A stretch of 64,000 nt of DNA. Source: Eledone cirrhosa. Its lineage: Eukaryota. Both the position numbers and the translations under genes were made by a program. The notes under the pieces were generated by a model that had not been told where the DNA came from, searched no databases, and saw nothing but the letters and a program-made list of their open reading frames with translations. The stretch covers positions 1,054,001 through 1,118,000 of the forward strand of contig OZ024759.1 of NCBI GenBank assembly GCA_964016885.1, read 5' to 3'. How positions within the stretch are numbered: the first letter of the stretch is position 1; each line of letters opens with the position of its first letter. Of the stretch, positions 61,901 through 64,000 are shown one piece after another.

Positions 61901-64000
61901 ATATTAGTAACATGACAGTCTATATTAGTAACATGACAAAGTCTATATTAGTAACATGACAAAGTCTATATTAGTAACATGACAGTCTATATTAGTAACA
62001 TGACACAGTCTATATTAGTAACATGACAAAGTCTATATTAGTAACATGACACAGTCTATATTAGTAACATGACACAGTCTATATTAGTAACATGACACAG
62101 TTTATATTAGTAACATGACAAAGTCTATATTAGTAACATGACAAAGTCTATATTAGTAACATGGCAGTCTATATTAGTAACATGACAAAGTCTATATTAG
62201 TAACATGACACAGTGTATATTAGTAACATGACAAAGACTCTATTAGTAACATGACAAAGTCTATATTAGTAACATGACAGTCTATATTAGTAACATGACA
62301 AAATCTATATTAGTAACATGACAGTCTATATTAGTAACATGACAAAGTCTATATTAGTAACATGACAGTCTATATTGTACCATGACACAGTCTATATTAG
62401 TAACATGACATAGTCTATATTAGTAACATGACAAAGTCTATATTAGTAACATGACAGCCTATATTGTAACATGACACAGTCTATATTAGTAACATGACAC
62501 AGTCTATATTAGTAACATGACAGTCTATATTAGTAACATGACACAGTCTATATTAGTAACATGACACAGTCTATATTAGTAACATGACAGTCTATATTAG
62601 TAGCATGGCAATGTCTATATTAGTAACATGACACAGTCTATATTAGTAACAAGACATAGTCTATATTAGTAACATGACATAGTCTATATTAGTAGCATGA
62701 CAAAGTCTATATTAGTAACATGACAAAGTCTATATTAGTAACATGACACAGTCTATCTTAGTAACATGACAAAGTCTATATTAGTAACATGACACAGTCT
62801 ATATTAGTAACATGACAAAGTCTATATTAGTAGCATGACAAAGTCTATATTAGTAACATGACACAGTCTATATTAGTAACATGACAAAGTCTATATTAGT
62901 AACGTGACAAAGTCTATATTAGTAACATGACAAAGTCTATATTAGTAACATGACTAAGTCTATATTAGTAACATGACACAGTCTATATTAGTAACATGAC
63001 AGTCTATATTAGTAGCATGACAAAGTCTATATTAGTAACATGACACAGTCTATATTAGTAACATGACACAGTCTATATTAGTAACATGACACAGTCTATA
63101 TTAGTAACATGACAGTCTATATTAGTAACATGACAAAGTCTATATTAGTAACATGGCAAAGTCTATGTTAGTAACATGACAAAGTCTATATTAGTAACAT
63201 GACAGTCTATATTAGTAACATGACACATTCTATATTAGTAACATGACAAAGTCTATATTAGTAGCATGACAAAGTCTATATTAGTAACATGACAGTCTAT
63301 ATTAGTAACATGCCAAAGTCTATATTAGTAGCATGACAAAGTCTATATTAGTAACATGACACAGTCTATATTAGTAACATGACACAGTCTATATTAGTAA
63401 CATGACACAGTCTATATTAGTAGCATGACAAAGTCTATATTAGTAACATGACAAAGTCTATATTAGTAACATGACAAAGTCTATATTAGTAACATGACAA
63501 AGTCTATATTAGTAACATGACACAGTGTATATTAGTAATATGACAGTCTATATTAGTAGCATGACAAAGTCTATATTAGTAACATGACAAAGTCTATATT
63601 AGTAACATGACACAGTCTATATTAGTAACATGACACAGTCTATATTAGTAACATGACAAAGTCTATATTAGTAACATGACACAGTCTATATTAGTAACAT
63701 GACAAAGTCTATATTAGTAACATGACAAAGTCTATATTAGTAACATGACAGTCTATATTAGTAACATGACAAAGTCTATATTAGTAACATGACAAAGTCT
63801 CTATTAGTAACATGACAAAGTCTATATTAGTAACATGACAAAGTCTCTATTAGTAACATGACAAAGTCTATATTAGTAACATGACAGTCTATATTAGTAA
63901 CATGACAAAGTCTATATTAGTAACATGACAGTCTATATTGTAACATGACACAGTCTATATTAGTAACATGACACAGTTTATATTAGTAACATGACATAGT
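49950..64000. repeat. About 3.4 tandem copies of a ~4.0-4.1 kb higher-order unit, with a 502-bp internal duplication
   Basis: GGCAATG at 49965, 53966, 54468, 58492 and 62607; ACGTG at 50237, 54284, 54763, 58787 and 62902; AGCCTATATTGT at 53815, 58341 and 62456. Confidence 0.88.

Larger units (their letters stand above)
1..64000. repeat. Tandem satellite array of 23/21-bp monomers, consensus GTCTATATTAGTAACATGAC+(AAA|ACA|A); runs off both window edges
   Basis: Every line consists of this monomer in one orientation. Common variants are GTAGCATG for GTAACATG, linkers ATA/AGA/AAG/G, and a 1-bp deletion (ATTGTAAC). No intervening unique DNA was seen. Confidence 0.99.

Noticed and set aside
1-64000. 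CRISPR array (constant, partly palindromic repeat plus variable part)
   Set aside because: The variable part is only 1-3 nt and drawn from a few states. There are no unique spacers, leader or cas genes.
1-64000. Repetitive protein-coding ORF (VYISNMT on the + strand, CHVTNID on the - strand)
   Set aside because: Only the 21-mers preserve frame. Each 23-mer shifts the frame into TAG/TAA/TGA (+) or TAG/TAA (-), so ORFs end within a few monomers.
1-64000. Telomerase-made long telomeric repeat like the 23-25 bp units of some budding yeasts
   Set aside because: There is no G-rich strand. The length of at least 64 kb and the kb-scale copying of point variants indicate recombination or duplication rather than RNA-templated addition.
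1-64000. Resemblance of the CTAT(A/G)TTAGT core to my recollection of the Plasmodium falciparum 21-bp subtelomeric rep20 repeat
   Set aside because: Only about 10 AT-rich bases match, and only from memory. The rest of the monomer differs, the dominant unit is 23 bp, and the array is more homogeneous than rep20. An alignment to rep20 would settle it.
1-64000. Origin of the monomer from a doubled 10-11 bp subunit (AGTCTATATT / AGTAACATGAC)
   Set aside because: Shared identity (AGT...AT) is too low to separate from chance in AT-rich sequence.
1-64000. TATA-like or -10-like promoter motifs (TATATT), or plasmid iterons
   Set aside because: These are incidental to the AT-rich monomer. There is no downstream gene or rep gene, and the copy number is far beyond iteron arrays.
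1-64000. Pure sequencing artefact (concatemer or rolling-circle read)
   Set aside because: Hierarchically shared variants at several different periods imply real evolutionary history, although individual duplications could still be misassembled.

Overview
The whole 64 kb window is one uninterrupted, head-to-tail, AT-rich (~28% GC) satellite/minisatellite array. I found no unique sequence, genes, RNA genes, mobile elements or strand inversions. The monomer is a nearly constant 20-bp core, GTCTATATTAGTAACATGAC, followed by a variable 1-3 nt linker, mostly AAA, ACA (23-bp monomers) or A (21-bp monomer). This gives roughly 2,800 monomers, estimated as 64,000/~22.6. Rare diagnostic variants recur in fixed order and reveal higher-order structure: nested tandem duplications of about 0.16, 0.4, 0.5, 1.5, 1.6, 2.2, 4.0-4.5 and 5.3 kb, and sub-lineages that are spatially layered along the array. 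The monomer is an imperfect inverted repeat with the variable linker as its loop. The architecture fits a eukaryotic centromeric, pericentromeric or subtelomeric satellite, but the organism and function cannot be determined from this window. I found no evidence for a novel protein-coding system. All offsets were measured by hand from marker positions, and block boundaries are approximate.
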